Part shown: piece after piece, positions 44,028 to 53,834 of the stretch | Layout of the letters: each line of letters begins with the position of its first letter | Numbering within the stretch: the stretch's first letter is position 1 | IMG/VR virus record: IMGVR_UViG_3300017991_000133 | Span: 1 to 55,042 of that record | Source of the DNA: a virus | Lineage: Duplodnaviria > Caudoviricetes | Length of the DNA: 55,042 nt | Strand: one strand, 5' to 3' | The notes under the pieces: generated by a model | What the model was told of the DNA's origin: nothing | Seen by the model: the letters and a program-made list of their open reading frames with translations, nothing else | Databases searched by the model: none | Translations under genes and position numbers: made by a program

Positions 44028-44750
44028 TTAGTCCTCCTGTTTTTGTGTGTACCAAAATTTGGTTATATCGTAAGGCGCCAGCAGGTCGCGCAGGCGCTCG
44101 TTGTGTGGCCGGTAGTGCAGCCGAAGCCAGCTTAGCACGGCCTTGGGCATGCGGGGCGTGCCGTACTTTTGCTTGCGGTGTTTTAGCGGGTCGTAAAAAG
44201 CGGCCCTCAGGCTGACCAACGGCTTCTCTGGCCCTCCATTTTCCAGGGCTATATGGCGTGCGTAGGCCAAAGGTTGCGCAAAGAACAGCTCGCTGGGGTA
44301 TACGATGAGGCGCTCCCTGGGTACGTGCTCCAGCCAGCGCTTGAGGTGCTCTGCATAGTGCCCCGCTGTGACTGCCGGGTGGCGGCTGCTGATCAGCGCC
44401 TCCGGGTCGCGGCCAAACTTGTCCTGGTGCAGCCAGTAGTGGCTCACGGCCCTGGCCACGGGCTCGCGCAGGAGACAGTAGAACCTGGCGTTAGGCAGAG
44501 TGGCCGCTGCCCTGGCCGGCACGTTCTTCCGGAAGAGATAGGCCGGTGTCGCCTCGAATATCTTGGCTCCCTGGGGCGCTGCTGCAAAGCGGTCGGCGTA
44601 CCAGGCGATGCCCCTGCTCCAATGGCGGTCGAAGAAGTGCACCTCTTTTTTTGGCCAGGTGTGGAATTCTGGTATCTGGCGCAGGATTGCCCACAGGCTG
44701 CTTGTGCCTGCACGCGGTGCGCCTATTATGACAAAGTCCGGCAGCCTCAT
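44028..44750 (-). CDS. Sulfotransferase
   Basis: 'PDFVIIGAPRAGTSSL', 'KEVHFFD', 'EATPAY', 'LREPVARAVSHY' (5'-PSB and 3'-PB motifs). Confidence 0.92.
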   Translation of the reverse strand: MRLPDFVIIGAPRAGTSSLWAILRQIPEFHTWPKKEVHFFDRHWSRGIAWYADRFAAAPQGAKIFEATPAYLFRKNVPARAAATLPNARFYCLLREPVARAVSHYWLHQDKFGRDPEALISSRHPAVTAGHYAEHLKRWLEHVPRERLIVYPSELFFAQPLAYARHIALENGGPEKPLVSLRAAFYDPLKHRKQKYGTPRMPKAVLSWLRLHYRPHNERLRDLLAPYDITKFWYTQKQED

Positions 44751-45478
44751 AGTCGGCCCTCTCCGAATATCGTTCGCTTGGCGTGCAGCTGGAAGGCTGG
44801 ATGGTTATCAGGCTTGGGGCGGATAAGTAGCCATGCCTTGCCGTGGATCAGGGCCGAGAGGCGCTCCCTCCAGCTCATGGCCCAGCATGTCGCTGTCATG
44901 CTGGCTGTTGCATATACGCGGAGCCTATCCTGGCCAGGGCCAGGCGATTTCAGGATCCTGTTAGCCTGTGGGAATGGTACGGGTTTCATCGTCGTCCTCC
45001 TCGCAGAAGCCCTCGGCGGCCGCCCGCTCTGCGGCCCATATCACTCCATGGCGGAAACAGGTCAGGCAGATGTCCTGGTCTATGATCGGCCACAGGTATG
45101 GCGTGTCCTCGTAGCTCTTTCCACACAGGCGGCAGGTCCGCTTGTCCGGCTTCTTACCTATGCCTAAAAACTTCATGATTGCTCGCTCCTCCGCAGCCGG
45201 TATCGTTGGGCAGGCCGCAGCTTGCCGGCCGGCTGCCGGTCTGGCACCTGCAGCTCGTTGGCGGCCGCCACCTGGGGCATGCGCACCAGGCCCCACATGT
45301 AGATGTAGCTGCCGGCGTCGGTGCGCATAAGCCGCTTTTCGACCACGCCCATGTGCTCCAGCTTGCGCAGCTCGGTGCGGCTCAGGACGAATCCGGTCAG
45401 GATCCTTTTGTGCTGGGCGAACACGGCGGCTGCCCGCGCCAACAGAGCTTCCTCGTCGCGTCGTTTAATCCTTGCCAT
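44747..45478 (-). CDS. Three small hypothetical ORFs (44747-44989; 44961-45176 C4 zinc finger; 45173-45478)
   Basis: Overlapping start/stop chain; CRLC...CLTC in the middle ORF. Confidence 0.6.
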
Positions 45479-45487
45479 GGTTGCTCC

Positions 45488-46951
45488 TCATCCCTTGTTT
45501 TTATTGGCCGCCTCGACCATTTCCGTGATCTTGCGCTCGATGTCTTCGTCATCCATCTTGGGCACCCGAAATCCGGCCTCTTCCACCGGGGCAAAGCGGC
45601 TGTTTATGAAGTACTCGTCGGCGTGCTCCATGTCCTTGGTATCCAGGCCGAGCTGCTGGGCGATCCATCCCGGGGTTATCGCGCCCATGCCGAAGAGTCG
45701 CTCCCATCGCTGGACCAGGGCTGCCCAGTCCCGGGTGTCGATCTTGTTGAACTGGAAGCGGTAGGCTTCGGCCTCGAGGCCCTGCCACATGATCTTTGTC
45801 GTGATGGTCCTGGACATCTCGGCCTGCAGGGGCTCTACGATGCCCTGGACGTAGATCTTGTCGGCCGTCGCGGCCGTGCTCCCGCCCAGGCTCCCCACCT
45901 CGGCTATCCCTATGCGGTATGGCGGCATTTTATAGGCGCTGAGGATCTCGTCCCGGAGGCTTTTGTGGTAGATCTGGAAGTGGCCCTCTTTCACGTCCAC
46001 GGTCAGCGGCTCCCAGGTCACCTTTGCTCCGGGTGCCACTTCCATGACCACCGTCTTGTGGGCGTTGTCTGAGCCCTTGATCTCGTTGTCTATAAAGTCG
46101 CTTACGAGCTTGGCGCTGCCCTCTTCCCATTCTCCCTCGAGCAGCACAAAGGCTGCGGGGATCCCATAGTTCTCGAAAAAGGCCAGGTTGAAGTTGCGTA
46201 CACCGATGAGCCCGAATACGCTGCCCACGGCCGGCAGTACGTTTGGTCGGCCGTAGAAGGTGTTCAGGGCGTAGTAATCGCCCTGGAAGATCATCTCGTT
46301 GGCCTTATACTTGCCCCGGCTGCTTTTGTAGTCCTCCCCGGTGTTCTCGTTGACGTCGGTCTGGCTGCCAAAGCGCTTGAACCAGCGCTTGCGGCTGTCG
46401 CGGACTTGGCAGTACTTCTCGCGGCTGCGGTGCACCCGGACCGTTTGTGCGGGAGCGTGAAATATGCCGTTGATCTTGCCGTCGGGGCCGCGGCTTATCT
46501 CCATGGCCCACCAGCCCACGGTGCCCCGGTCGATGATGCACTTTTTGACCACGTCCTGCAGCGTCTCATCCCTGTTGTTGGGATCGTTGAACAGGTCCTC
46601 CGTCTCTTTTTTCTGGTCATCGTTTTCTTTGTCCTCTTCCACCGGCACCAGGGACCAGCCGCCGGCCACGTCAGTCGCGATCTGGCGCACGCAGGCGTCG
46701 AAGAAGGTGCAGTTGTCCTGTAGCCAGAGCAGGTTGTTTACGTTGAAGGGCACCGGCACCAGGCCGTGCTCCCTCATCCAGGCGGCGTCGTCTTCTGGCA
46801 GCTGCCTGCTCTCTATGACGTTCTCTTTATGCTGCTTCAGGATGCTGAACGGGTAGAGCCCGCGGTCTGTCGCAATGTAGCGGTGGACCTTGCTCAGGCG
46901 CTTTGTGCTGCTGCCGCTACGGGATGTGGACTTTGCTCTTTTTTTTGCCAT
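45488..46951 (-). CDS. Portal protein (PBSX/HK97-like)
   Basis: 'NTFYGRP', 'FFENYGIP', 'RDEILSAYKMPPYRIGI'; follows the large terminase. Confidence 0.92.
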   Translation of the reverse strand: MAKKRAKSTSRSGSSTKRLSKVHRYIATDRGLYPFSILKQHKENVIESRQLPEDDAAWMREHGLVPVPFNVNNLLWLQDNCTFFDACVRQIATDVAGGWSLVPVEEDKENDDQKKETEDLFNDPNNRDETLQDVVKKCIIDRGTVGWWAMEISRGPDGKINGIFHAPAQTVRVHRSREKYCQVRDSRKRWFKRFGSQTDVNENTGEDYKSSRGKYKANEMIFQGDYYALNTFYGRPNVLPAVGSVFGLIGVRNFNLAFFENYGIPAAFVLLEGEWEEGSAKLVSDFIDNEIKGSDNAHKTVVMEVAPGAKVTWEPLTVDVKEGHFQIYHKSLRDEILSAYKMPPYRIGIAEVGSLGGSTAATADKIYVQGIVEPLQAEMSRTITTKIMWQGLEAEAYRFQFNKIDTRDWAALVQRWERLFGMGAITPGWIAQQLGLDTKDMEHADEYFINSRFAPVEEAGFRVPKMDDEDIERKITEMVEAANKNKG

Positions 46952-48332
46952 GGGGTTTTTCCTCCTCTTTTGGCTTTTCTTTCTGCGATGTGGCAATGCT
47001 CACCCGGGCCTTTTGGGCAGTGCGCACAGCGCTGCGCACCGATAGCGGCTGGGCCGCTTCCTTCATGGTGCGCTTTATCTGCTCTTCAACCTCGTCCTCG
47101 TCCTTGGCCTGGAAGGCCGCGAAGTGCCGCGGTATGTTCGCTATGTGCACGCGGCTGCTGCGGATCCGCTCGCCGTCAAAGTGCCAGACCAGCTGGGCAA
47201 GGGCGTCCATGCAGTGATCATCGGATTTTGCCGGCTTGCCTGTCTTTTCGTCGATGTGGTAGATGTCGACCTCGTCCAGCGTGTTCGGGCAGCTGCGGGA
47301 GATCACGAGTCGCCCTGTCTTGATCCTGGCGTTGACGGCTGCAATGGTTAGCATCTTGGACGTCTCGCCGCTCTTTATGTCTACGTCGTAGGTGCCGCGC
47401 AGCTCCTCAATTTCGCGCCGGCCCTCCGGGTCCCCCAGGTAGGGTATGTCTCGCATCGTTTCCGATATGTCCTTGAGGTGGGTCCGGGAGGCGTAGTACT
47501 CTTCGTACACGTAGAGAATGTCTTCGCGGGGATCCAGCGCGCCCTTGAGGTTGACGTGCGGGTTGACGTAGCCGAAGTCGGTGCCGCCCTTGCGGGGCCA
47601 TTCCTTGGGTATGTCGAACGGGTCGCAGATGTTTTCCTCGTCAAAATCGCCGTAGACCAGCCCCTGGAGCTTGCGGAACTGGCCCTCGTAGCGCATGCTG
47701 AAGAGGTCGGCGGTCAGCTCGTTTGCGGCCCGCTCCCACTCGCTCTTCGGGTAGAGCGGGTTGTCGATGCTGCTGAAGGTGATCACGTCATAGTCGGCGT
47801 TGCCCCGGCGCCAGAGCTGGTAGAAATTTTTGTAGAGCCAGTTCATGCCGTAGGGTGTGGTCGTCAGCAGGGCGCGGCCGCGCTTCAGGCCCAGGCGTGC
47901 TTGGATCGCTACCCAGGCCATGTACTTCATCTGGCCGGCCTCATCGAGCCAGGCCGATTTATACTGTCCGCCCTCGAGGCTTTCCGGGCGGTCGGCGGTG
48001 CCCAGCCACACGTGGCCCCCCTGGGGCAGGTCGTAGAGGCCCTTCGAGACGCGCAGCTCCCCCTGGAGGTGCGTGCCGCGGAACGTCTCCACGAGCGCCG
48101 GCAGCGTTGCCCTGGTCAGCAGCTTGTAGGTCGGCGCCACCACGATGTACTCCTCCTGCGGATCCTCGGCAATCTCGCAGCTCAGCCAGACGGGCCCGAA
48201 GAAGGTCTTGCCTCCGCCGGTCCCCCCGATCAGCCCCACGTAGCGCTTTTCACTCAGAAGCGCTCTTTCCTGGTGCTGGTAGAGCTCGACTTGCTTTGTC
48301 TCCGGCTGTGATTTTTCTCGTTGCGTTTCCAT
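46917..48332 (-). CDS. terL: Terminase large subunit
   Basis: Walker A 'GGTGGGKT', Walker B 'WLDEAG', 'TTTP', nuclease 'DFG' and 'DHCMDAL'. Confidence 0.95.
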   Translation of the reverse strand: METQREKSQPETKQVELYQHQERALLSEKRYVGLIGGTGGGKTFFGPVWLSCEIAEDPQEEYIVVAPTYKLLTRATLPALVETFRGTHLQGELRVSKGLYDLPQGGHVWLGTADRPESLEGGQYKSAWLDEAGQMKYMAWVAIQARLGLKRGRALLTTTPYGMNWLYKNFYQLWRRGNADYDVITFSSIDNPLYPKSEWERAANELTADLFSMRYEGQFRKLQGLVYGDFDEENICDPFDIPKEWPRKGGTDFGYVNPHVNLKGALDPREDILYVYEEYYASRTHLKDISETMRDIPYLGDPEGRREIEELRGTYDVDIKSGETSKMLTIAAVNARIKTGRLVISRSCPNTLDEVDIYHIDEKTGKPAKSDDHCMDALAQLVWHFDGERIRSSRVHIANIPRHFAAFQAKDEDEVEEQIKRTMKEAAQPLSVRSAVRTAQKARVSIATSQKEKPKEEEKPHGKKKSKVHIP

Positions 48333-48771
48333 TGCTCAGTATAATCTCCAGTGGCAGCTTCGTGCCAGGCGGTATCTCCAGGTGCTTGCGGTCCCGCCAT
48401 ATGTCCGGCCGCCGGTTCAGCAGCCAGAAGATGCAGGCTGCCGTGTCCGGGGGCGTGAATTTTTTCACCCGCCTTATGCTCTTTACCCGGTTGGATGGCC
48501 TGTCGGATTCGGCCTCGGGCTCCAGCTCAACGTGCACCTCTTCGTACTCGTATCCCAGGGCCCGCTTCAGGAGCGCGTTCTCGACCTCGAAGTCCACCGG
48601 GGCCTTTCCTTTTTTTATGGCGTCAGCAAAATCGGGGAACTGCTTCTGGTATTTGTAGTAGGTGTCCTTGGATATGCCCAGCTTGCGGGCAATGTCCTCA
48701 TCGCGGAGTCCCTGGCGGGCGAGGTCCTCTGCTATCTTGGGGAAGTCCTCTGTGTACTTGAGCTTTGCCAC
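48250..48771 (-). CDS. terS: Terminase small subunit
   Basis: HTH, then 'EVENALLKRALGYEY' and 'PPDTAACIFWL.NRRPD.WRD'. Confidence 0.88.
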   Translation of the reverse strand: MAKLKYTEDFPKIAEDLARQGLRDEDIARKLGISKDTYYKYQKQFPDFADAIKKGKAPVDFEVENALLKRALGYEYEEVHVELEPEAESDRPSNRVKSIRRVKKFTPPDTAACIFWLLNRRPDIWRDRKHLEIPPGTKLPLEIILSNGNATRKITAGDKASRALPAPGKSASE

Positions 48772-48774
48772 GGG

Positions 48775-49740
48775 TTATTTCATGTATCCTTGCCTGGGGC
48801 GTATGCGGGTGTAGTCGAAGAGCCAGGGGTTGTGCTCAGCCAGGCTCTCTAGTCCCCCGAGCTGTTTTATGGCCTCGAGGGCCTTGTCTATGTGGACGTC
48901 GTATTTCAGGGCGAGGATGACGGCGCCGGCTTGCCACTCGACCATGAATCTGTGCCATGCTTCTGGCCATGTGGAGCGGAGGATGCGGTATCCGGAGTTT
49001 GTGTACTGGCTGCCGCCTCCGCAGAAGACGCAGCCCACGGTGATGGCGCCGCGGCTACGGGCCGGGTGCTCCTCGAGGGCGTTGCGCTGGATGTAGCGCG
49101 CTATGTCGGGGTCGGTCCATCCGGTGAGCGGATTAGCGATCCACATGCGGTCCCTTTGCTGGTAGAAAAGGGCTCCGTCCTTAAGGTCCCGGAGGCCACG
49201 GAGCGAGTCGTCAGCTAGGCCGCGCTGTCCTGTAAGCTGCACGGTGCAGCCGAGGTTGCGGGTGAGCCGGCGGGCCGGGTCGATCTTCATGGTCCGGCAG
49301 CATTCGGAGACGTTTAGGGCGAAGCCGCGGTCGGGGTGGGCCTGCATCCAGCGGCGGGCGGCCATCTTCCCCAGCATGGGCCAGCCCTTGCGCTGCCATT
49401 GCTCCTTGGGCGTAATGCGGGCCCGGGCAGTACGGAGCTCTAGGCCGTAGCGCTCTGCGGTCTGCTCCACAAAGAGCCGGCTTTCCGGGTACTCCATTTG
49501 GGTGTCTACCCACAAGAGCGTCGGGCGGATGCCGGCCTTGGCGGCAAGATCAAGCAGGACCAGGCTGTCGGATCCTCCGGAGAATGCCAGGCATATGGAG
49601 TCGCCGTGCTCGCTGCGCACGCGATCCAGCATGGTCGTTGCGGTGTGGATGGTGCCGGTGCTTTCAGGCTGCTGCGCCGTTTTTTTTGCTGGGATCGCGT
49701 ATTCGCGTTCCTCGAGGATCCGCTCCGCGAGGCTTGTCAC
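48775..49740 (-). CDS. PAPS-reductase-family (PP-loop, Fe-S) protein
   Basis: 'AFSGGSDS', 'DTQMEYPE', 'CC..MK', 'GCVFC'. Confidence 0.88.
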   Translation of the reverse strand: MTSLAERILEEREYAIPAKKTAQQPESTGTIHTATTMLDRVRSEHGDSICLAFSGGSDSLVLLDLAAKAGIRPTLLWVDTQMEYPESRLFVEQTAERYGLELRTARARITPKEQWQRKGWPMLGKMAARRWMQAHPDRGFALNVSECCRTMKIDPARRLTRNLGCTVQLTGQRGLADDSLRGLRDLKDGALFYQQRDRMWIANPLTGWTDPDIARYIQRNALEEHPARSRGAITVGCVFCGGGSQYTNSGYRILRSTWPEAWHRFMVEWQAGAVILALKYDVHIDKALEAIKQLGGLESLAEHNPWLFDYTRIRPRQGYMK

Positions 49741-51032
49741 TCGGCTGCCTCCTGGGCCTCGAGGTCCACCTTTTCACAGGTAGCCCGGATCTCTTTTTCC
49801 GAAGGGCCGCCCTGGGCCTCATACCGGCGGATCACCACGTCCACATACACGGGGTCAAGCTCTATGAGCCGGGCCTTTCGGCCCTCGCGGTCCGCTGCTA
49901 TGAGGGTGGAGCCGCTGCCTGCAAACGGGTCGAGCACGATGTGCCCGGCCTTGCTGGAGTTGCGGAGGGCGCGCTGGATAATGCCCAGCGGCTTTTGGTT
50001 CGGATGAAGCATTGACTGAGTTCCGCGGCGCGCCATCTCCCATACATCGGCCTCGTATCTATGGTCAAGAAAGTAGTGGCGGCCGGCATTCCAACCATAG
50101 AGTATAGGCTGCCCTTTTTTGGCGCGGTTTTTTCCGTTAATTATCAGCTCATGCTTGTGCCGATAGTCGCCCCAGCCCCTGGAGGTGTTGTTTTTTACCC
50201 AAACGATGGCAGTCGAGAACACCATGCCGGCCGCGCGGATGGCGTAGGAGAACACGGGGTAGCTCGGGTAACCGCTGCAGATATAGAAAACGCCGCCGCG
50301 CTTCAGGTTTTCCTTTATACGCGTGCAGAATACCACTGAAAATTCGACAAATTGCTCCTCAGTCATGTTGTCTCCGAGAATCGGGCCAAACTTGGTCCCC
50401 TGGTAGTTTATGTTGTATGGCGGGTCCGTAAAAACGATATCCGCGCGCTCATCGCCCATGAGGGCGGCGTAGCTGGCCGGGTTCGTGGCATCGGCACAGA
50501 GGAGTTTATGCGGTCCAAGAGCATAGAGGTCGCCCATCTGGGAGATCGGTTCGGCCTCAGCCTCTGGCGCCTGATCCTCTTCGCCGGCGTCTATCTTTGG
50601 GCCGAATTGATGGAGCAATTCGTCCACAGATAGAGTTCTTCCAAGATCGAACCGGTATAGAGCTGGGTCGATTTTGTCTTTGGAATCGTATACCATCTCT
50701 GCCAGGGCCTGATCGTCATACTCGCCTGCGCGGTCGTTGTCCGAGAGGTTGTACTCGAGCTTCTCTGCCTCGCTTTTCGGATGCACGATGCTGATGTCGA
50801 CCTCGTCAAAGCCCAGCTCCCTCAGGGCCTCGAGGCGCATGTTTCCTCCCAGCGCTACGTAGTGCCGGTTGTCCTTGTAGCAGACCAGCGGCTTGTAGAC
50901 GCCGAGGTGTGTGATCTGCTTTTTCAGGCGCTCGAAGTCCTTGATTTTGATGTTCCTGGGGTTTTTATCCCAGGGCTTGACGGCCGATAAGGGAACCGTT
51001 TTCATCTCGAGTGGTCCGGTTTTTTTCGCCAT
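49737..51032 (-). CDS. ParB-N domain fused to an N6-adenine/N4-cytosine DNA methyltransferase
   Basis: 'KPWDKNPR', 'GGNMRL'; 'TDPPY', 'HPNQKP', 'DPFAGSGST'. Confidence 0.92.
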   Translation of the reverse strand: MAKKTGPLEMKTVPLSAVKPWDKNPRNIKIKDFERLKKQITHLGVYKPLVCYKDNRHYVALGGNMRLEALRELGFDEVDISIVHPKSEAEKLEYNLSDNDRAGEYDDQALAEMVYDSKDKIDPALYRFDLGRTLSVDELLHQFGPKIDAGEEDQAPEAEAEPISQMGDLYALGPHKLLCADATNPASYAALMGDERADIVFTDPPYNINYQGTKFGPILGDNMTEEQFVEFSVVFCTRIKENLKRGGVFYICSGYPSYPVFSYAIRAAGMVFSTAIVWVKNNTSRGWGDYRHKHELIINGKNRAKKGQPILYGWNAGRHYFLDHRYEADVWEMARRGTQSMLHPNQKPLGIIQRALRNSSKAGHIVLDPFAGSGSTLIAADREGRKARLIELDPVYVDVVIRRYEAQGGPSEKEIRATCEKVDLEAQEAAE

Positions 51033-51035
51033 GGC

Positions 51036-51404
51036 TTATCCTTTGTCAGCCTTTTTTTTTAGGCCGTTTATAATGAGATCCCGGTTGGCCTTAATGTCCT
51101 GATCAAAGCGCGCCGTCGTCTCGCAGCAGTGCTGCTGGACCGCCTCCATTTGGGTTTTTGTGACGGCTACGTTTTTATCGACCTTGACCAGGCAGCGCTT
51201 CACGTCGCTCAGCCTCATGCTGATACCGCGCACAGCCTCGGCCCGCGCCATGGTCTTTAGCTGCTGCTTTATCTCCTGCAGGTCCTCTGCCCGGACCTCT
51301 TCTCTTTCCTTGTGCTTGCGGCTGCGCAGCCACGCCACCACGATGGCGGTTATGTTGGTTGCGGCCAGCCCTATGAGTCCTCCGGTCACGACTGGTTCTG
51401 CCAT
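51036..51404 (-). CDS. Membrane-anchored coiled-coil protein (lysis region)
   Basis: Single N-terminal TM followed by coiled coil. Confidence 0.6.
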   Translation of the reverse strand: MAEPVVTGGLIGLAATNITAIVVAWLRSRKHKEREEVRAEDLQEIKQQLKTMARAEAVRGISMRLSDVKRCLVKVDKNVAVTKTQMEAVQQHCCETTARFDQDIKANRDLIINGLKKKADKG

Positions 51405-51709
51405 CAGCGGATCTCCTCGAGCTGGGCGCGCAGGATCTTGATCTCCTGGCGCAGCTGCAGGTTTTTGGCCAGGGCTGCAGCGAATTTGTAGACCAGGCCC
51501 TCGGTCACGATGAGGTAGCTGGCATTGGGGTTCTCTTCGGGCTGCCACGTGATCTGGCCCCGATCGATCTTGCCAACGACTCGCTCGCCGCCCAGCGGAA
51601 CGAGCTGGACCTCAGTCCTCGTACAGGTCAAGCAGCTTAGAGAGAATAGCGTTAATAGCATCCAGGTCGCCGTCCTCCAGCGCCTGGAGGAGTGCCTGTT
51701 TGTCTTCAT
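51404..51709 (-). CDS. Putative lipoprotein (o-spanin-like)
   Basis: Basic N-terminus, hydrophobic stretch and Cys; overlaps the upstream gene in another frame, as in Rz/Rz1. Confidence 0.5.
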   Translation of the reverse strand: MKTNRHSSRRWRTATWMLLTLFSLSCLTCTRTEVQLVPLGGERVVGKIDRGQITWQPEENPNASYLIVTEGLVYKFAAALAKNLQLRQEIKILRAQLEEIR

Positions 51710-51824
51710 TCCATTCCTCCTGGATCTCGGTGAGTTGTTTTTTTAGCTTGGTAAGCTCGCTGGGCTTCAGCAGCGGTAGCAGCTGCAGAATCAGCTTCAG
51801 CACCAGGCTTAGCTCTTCGGCCAT
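51612..51824 (-). CDS. Small helical protein (i-spanin-like)
   Basis: Hydrophobic N-terminus and coiled coil; directly after the endolysin. Confidence 0.45.
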   Translation of the reverse strand: MAEELSLVLKLILQLLPLLKPSELTKLKKQLTEIQEEWNEDKQALLQALEDGDLDAINAILSKLLDLYED

Positions 51825-51842
51825 GTCGGTCCTCCCGGTGGA

Positions 51843-52277
51843 TCATGCCGGCGCCTCGGCAAACGGATCCACGATTTTGTAGTCGGTTCCCCTGTACGAG
51901 ACGGGGCGCATCTTGACGAACGCGTCGTGCTTGATCGCGTCGGCTACGGTGAGGGTGGTGCTGCCTCCGCCGCTGGCGCCTATGGTGTGATGCTCGTCAA
52001 CGGCCATCTCCACATGCCTGGCCCTGCCGTCCCTCATCCAGAATACCAGACAACCCGGGCCGAGCGTCTCTGTCTTCTGGTGCTTGTATCGCAGGTAGAG
52101 ACCGTGGGCAGTGTCATCGAATGTATGGGCCAGAAGGCCTACGGCTTTCAGCACCTCGATGACCAGGCCGCTGCAGTCGAAGCCGCTCGGGTCGTTTCCC
52201 CCCCAAAGATAAAAAGTGCCGATCCACAGCGAGAGATACCACACCGCTCGTTCGCGTAGTGTGTTGCTGTTCGGCAC
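51843..52277 (-). CDS. NlpC/P60 cysteine peptidase (probable endolysin)
   Basis: 'YLWGGNDPSGFDCSGLV', 'PGCLVFW', 'HV'. Confidence 0.9.
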   Translation of the reverse strand: MPNSNTLRERAVWYLSLWIGTFYLWGGNDPSGFDCSGLVIEVLKAVGLLAHTFDDTAHGLYLRYKHQKTETLGPGCLVFWMRDGRARHVEMAVDEHHTIGASGGGSTTLTVADAIKHDAFVKMRPVSYRGTDYKIVDPFAEAPA

Positions 52278-52311
52278 CGGCGCCAGCTCCTGTGCCTACT
52301 TTTAACGCATG

Positions 52312-52328
52312 GCTATACTTGTTGTCAA
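52312..52328 (-). promoter_or_regulatory. Candidate late promoter element, copy 2
   Basis: TTGACAACAAGTATAGC just after a terminator and before the lysis/packaging genes. Confidence 0.55.
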
Positions 52329-52359
52329 GAGAATTTATCGCGGGTCGGTGGGAGCGGAG

Positions 52360-52397
52360 AAAAAAAAGTCCCCGCGGGGGGCGAGCCCGCGGGGGCT
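52360..52397 (-). terminator. Intrinsic terminator
   Basis: On the - strand, GCCCCCGCGGG/CCCGCGGGGAC hairpin followed by a T run. Confidence 0.85.
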
Positions 52398-52440
52398 GGA
52401 AGAAGTTGCTCAGTTAGTTTCTATCTTCATCCCGAAAACG

Positions 52441-52668
52441 TCATGGCTCCTTTTGGTTTTCGCCGTTCACCTCCTGGGACAGCGCGATGGCGTTCCGCAG
52501 GCCGGCGGTGTCTTCGCCGTCGATACGCAGCACTTCGCGCTCTATTTTGGCGCGCACGTCGGACGGCACGCGCCTTTTGAATCCGTTCAGATAGAGCCAG
52601 AGCCAGGCCGGCTCCAGGCCGTTGGCCCGGGCAGCCTCGGCTATGAGCTCAAGCGGGATGTGCGCCAT
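52441..52668 (-). CDS. Small hypothetical (HTH-like) protein
   Basis: 'IAEAARANGLEPAWLWLYLNG'. Confidence 0.55.
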   Translation of the reverse strand: MAHIPLELIAEAARANGLEPAWLWLYLNGFKRRVPSDVRAKIEREVLRIDGEDTAGLRNAIALSQEVNGENQKEP

Positions 52669-52669
52669 T

Positions 52670-53065
52670 CTACTTGTGCTTCTGCACGAGCTCCTTTAGC
52701 GCTTTCCACCTTCCGTTACACAGGCCCCAGGCCCATAGGCCGTAGAGTATAAACCGGCCGGTGGTCATCATGGCGGCCTGCGTCAGCACGAAGTACGTCA
52801 CGCCGGCTGATATCAGCCCGGTCAGCGCGTACATGATGGCGTGCCTTGCCAGCGGGGTCCAGTCGTCCCAGTCTTTGAAGATCTTCTTGATCCCATTCTT
52901 GATCAGCTGGACGATGCCCAGCAGCCCTATCCCGAATACGGTTTGGATGGCTGCTACCAGGCCCTCGTCGAGCTCAAAGGGGAAGTCCCCGGTGTCCTGG
53001 CCGGCTAGCGCCGCCAGCGGCAGCACCAGCAGAGCCAGCACAGCGATTGTCGCAACTCGTCTCAT
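52670..53065 (-). CDS. Multi-pass membrane protein (holin-like)
   Basis: Signal-like N-terminus plus three hydrophobic segments; near the endolysin. Confidence 0.55.
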   Translation of the reverse strand: MRRVATIAVLALLVLPLAALAGQDTGDFPFELDEGLVAAIQTVFGIGLLGIVQLIKNGIKKIFKDWDDWTPLARHAIMYALTGLISAGVTYFVLTQAAMMTTGRFILYGLWAWGLCNGRWKALKELVQKHK

Positions 53066-53090
53066 TTCGGTTGCCTCCTTTGTTTTGAAT

Positions 53091-53753
53091 TTATCTCCGC
53101 GTGACCACGGTGGTTTCCATCCACACGCGCACGCCGGGAATGCTTGTCTCTTCGCCCAGGGCTCGGACAACCTTGCCGATTTTTACAGTGTCGGGCATCA
53201 GGTATTCCCTGGGCAGCTTGGTGGCATCAACGATCTCCCACTTCGGCTTTTTAACCGTGTGGGTGTGGGCCAGCTTTGTTTTCTCTGGCACCTCGATGTC
53301 GGGCGCCTGTTCCTCGATGCTCGTTATGAGCTCATCGGCCTTGGCGTTGTCTCCGGCTTCCTCGGCCTCGAGCGCCTCTGCAAGCTTGGCCTCTTCTGCT
53401 TCGGCTTGGGCGGCGAGCTGGCGCTTGCGTTCCTCTTCGGCCTTGCGGCGCTCCGCTTCCTTGGCCTCCAGGTAGGCGCCCACCACGCTTTTCACCATGC
53501 GCTCGGCCTGCTGGAGCGGATCCAGGTGCCTTTTTTTCTGAGCCAGCGCCTCTTTCCATGCGGCGTGGTTGCGCTTGATGATCGGATCGAAGGTGTCGTT
53601 GACCTCGGCGGTCAGGCCCTTGATGGCGCCCAGCACCTCGTCTGCAGCCCTTAGGTCTTCGTCGGTCTTGACTGAGATCTCGGCTGCCCGGTCCGGCGCT
53701 TTGAATACACGGGCCAGGCGCTTCGATGCTTCTGTCGTCAGGTTAATTGTCAT
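53091..53753 (-). CDS. Conserved phage coiled-coil protein
   Basis: Long coiled coil, then 'WEIVDATKLPREYLMPD...IPGVRV'. Confidence 0.7.
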   Translation of the reverse strand: MTINLTTEASKRLARVFKAPDRAAEISVKTDEDLRAADEVLGAIKGLTAEVNDTFDPIIKRNHAAWKEALAQKKRHLDPLQQAERMVKSVVGAYLEAKEAERRKAEEERKRQLAAQAEAEEAKLAEALEAEEAGDNAKADELITSIEEQAPDIEVPEKTKLAHTHTVKKPKWEIVDATKLPREYLMPDTVKIGKVVRALGEETSIPGVRVWMETTVVTRR

Positions 53754-53834
53754 GTCTTCCTCCTTTGTTTTTTTCGGCCCTGCGCCCTGTCATGTCCTTT
53801 ATGGTCGCAGTGGCCGTGTCTGTTTTTATGCCTA

